Of a stretch of DNA of 64,000 nt, positions 62,314-64,000 are shown piece by piece. A program made the translations under genes and the position numbers. Source of the DNA: Moniliella sp. 'wahieum'. Its lineage: Eukaryota. Numbering within the stretch: the first letter of the stretch is position 1; each line of letters begins with the position of its first letter. The DNA lies in the NCBI GenBank assembly GCA_003971905.1, contig RSEE01000023.1, positions 186,001-250,000 on the forward strand. Direction: 5' to 3'. Below the pieces are notes generated by a model. The model made no database searches, was not told the origin of the DNA, and saw only the letters and a program-made list of their open reading frames with translations.

Positions 62314-64000
62314 TCATCCGGTGGCCACACTTGATGGTATCGGTGCAGGCACAGTCGGGGTAGGTTGCGTAGGTTGCTCATCGATTGGGGCATCTAGATC
62401 AACCAATGAGGCATCGCCAGCAATGCCAGTCCCTGATCTGGGGATCGAACGTGTCGGAACCGAAGAAGGGGCGGTTGCCGCCTCGGTTGCGGAGGCCGTC
62501 TGTTCAGCTTGCTTTGGGGCGCTGCTCTGCCTCGTCCGCCACCTTGGTTGCGGCTGCAGCAAACTCTTCTTTTTGAGCCTCTTGCTCGGCTGTGATTTCG
62601 GCCGAGCCATAGCGCGAACTAAGAGGCACAGAGGGAACCACATTCTGCTTGAGTCCCAAGGCCGCTGGGGGCTAAATCCAGTGTTGGGACGCGATGGAGA
62701 AGCGGTCGCCATAGGGCGAGGCGGTGTGGCGGTGGACGTAGGATGCCGTAGCAGAAGGTCGAGCGGACGCTGTTGGCGTGGGATGGGCCCTGGGGCTTGG
62801 GTGGGACGAGGAGGGGCGGCAGTGGCGGTTTGGGATTGGTCGTGGTGCCTCAGATCAGCGGCAAAGGCTGCCGAAACAGTGCGGGCCACATCGGCCCCAA
62901 AGCATAGTACCCATCATTCTCTCCGGGCGAAAACATACCCCTGTGCGCCGAAATCTCGTCTGTCGCGCGGGTCGTGACAGCCGGACAAAGGCATGATCCA
63001 GCGTGGTGTTGGCGGGCGGGAGAATGACAAACGTGCGTGACTCTTGGTCTTGGGACGAAGACGTAGGGGGGATCAGGGTATACCAGCAGCGGAAAAACAC
63101 ATTGTGGGTGCGTACCAGGCGTTCAGTTGCCTCATTCGCTCGGCATGCCCCGCAGAATCCCACAATGTTCCTACAAATGCCATGTGCTCCGCCACCCAGG
63201 TATAGCTCTCCTCCAACGTCTGGGGTCGCGCACTCCAAGCGCCAGCGGCCAAGCCAAACCCGGCAACCGCCACCGCCGCTGCACCAGCTGCAGCCCACAA
63301 ATAGCCTCCTCCGGTGGAGGGAGAAGCTACTCCACGAGAACTGCTAGAGCTTCCCCAACCAAACGCATCCCCAATGGCGGAGCTGACATCCCGTGCCGTT
63401 GACACATACTGGTTGGCTGTGTTGAAGGTGGAACCGATTGCGTTGCGAAAGACGTGTGGGTGAACGCCAAAATAAGGGGTATCAAACGCAAGTACTGCAA
63501 GGACACGGGGCCAAAGGTCGGGTAGAGAGTGGGTAGGAAGAGCGGATGCAGCAGCATCTTCGAGCAGCATACGAGCAGCATCCGTGATCACCAATCCGCC
63601 CATGGAGTGGCCGCAGAGGATGATGCGCACCGAGCCTTTTCCGCCTCCCCCGGGATGGGACTCGCGCCGGAGAACCAAGCGAGTCAGCCATTCGGAAAAC
63701 GCCTGCACCGCATCCGCCAGCTGTCCTCTGGTGTCGTACGTGGGGTAGACGACACTCTCAACACGGGACAGGTGGGGATAGGTAGCCCGGAGAACAGACT
63801 CGATCCGTGTAGGGAAGGGCCCAAAGGTACGCTCCGCACTGCCGCGAAACCCATGAACAAAGACAATCAGAAGTTCGACCTTGTTTCCAGATTGCTTCAC
63901 CCCTTCACCTCCTGCAGCGGCAGCGGCAGAGGCTGCTTGTGCTGCTTCGGGAGCGGCAAAGTCAAACTTCTCTTGCGCGTCTTCAAATTCAACGTCACTG
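62314..64000 (-). CDS. DUF676-type alpha/beta hydrolase (putative lipase), 5' end beyond the window
   Basis: LLIVFVHGFRGS; ILCGHSMGGLV (GxSxG); VLAVLAFDTPYFGVHPHVF; EHMAFVGTLWD; Pro-rich C-terminal tail. Confidence 0.85.

Noticed and set aside
1..64000. Pervasive frameshifts suggesting pseudogenes or programmed frameshifting
   Set aside because: They affect nearly all genes, including core ones (NDK, PIG-S, ROT1, kinesin). They are mostly single-base indels, often in homopolymers, while motifs stay intact, which fits sequencing/consensus error.

Overview
GC-rich, gene-dense, intron-poor eukaryotic DNA with short GT-AG introns and CTRAC branch sites. It is most consistent with a basidiomycete fungus, probably Ustilaginomycotina: it carries an MP88-like mannoprotein, a Tea4-like polarity protein and a retained CENP-K. 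Almost every gene has several 1-nt frameshifts, often in homopolymers, which points to an unpolished long-read consensus rather than mass pseudogenisation, so all gene models and boundaries are approximate reconstructions. About 23 genes can be reconstructed: MPDU1, a kinesin-6-like motor, a DMT-like membrane protein, a hidden type I mucin-like membrane protein, PIG-S/GPI17, BST1/PGAP1 (apparently continuous with a Vma22/CCDC115 domain), ROT1, a PEX11-family peroxin, Tea4/Bud14, a bacterial-type ManC, NDK, an MP88-like protein, CHO2, an Abz2-like lyase, seipin, COX23, a PPR protein, a Cys-rich repeat protein, CENP-K, a DUF676-type hydrolase and three poorly characterised ORFs. The most interesting items are: (1) a small protein with five CPTGxGCxC repeats and mitochondrial-presequence-like leader and spacers, a candidate mitochondrial metallothionein-like polyprotein; (2) an apparent BST1-Vma22 fusion head-to-head with PIG-S; (3) a bacterial-type ManC; (4) intergenic heptamer repeats, several built as a 6-bp palindrome plus 1 nt, that recur at promoters. 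No CRISPR array, rRNA, tRNA or recognisable transposon was seen. All family assignments come from motif recognition by eye; no database search was run.
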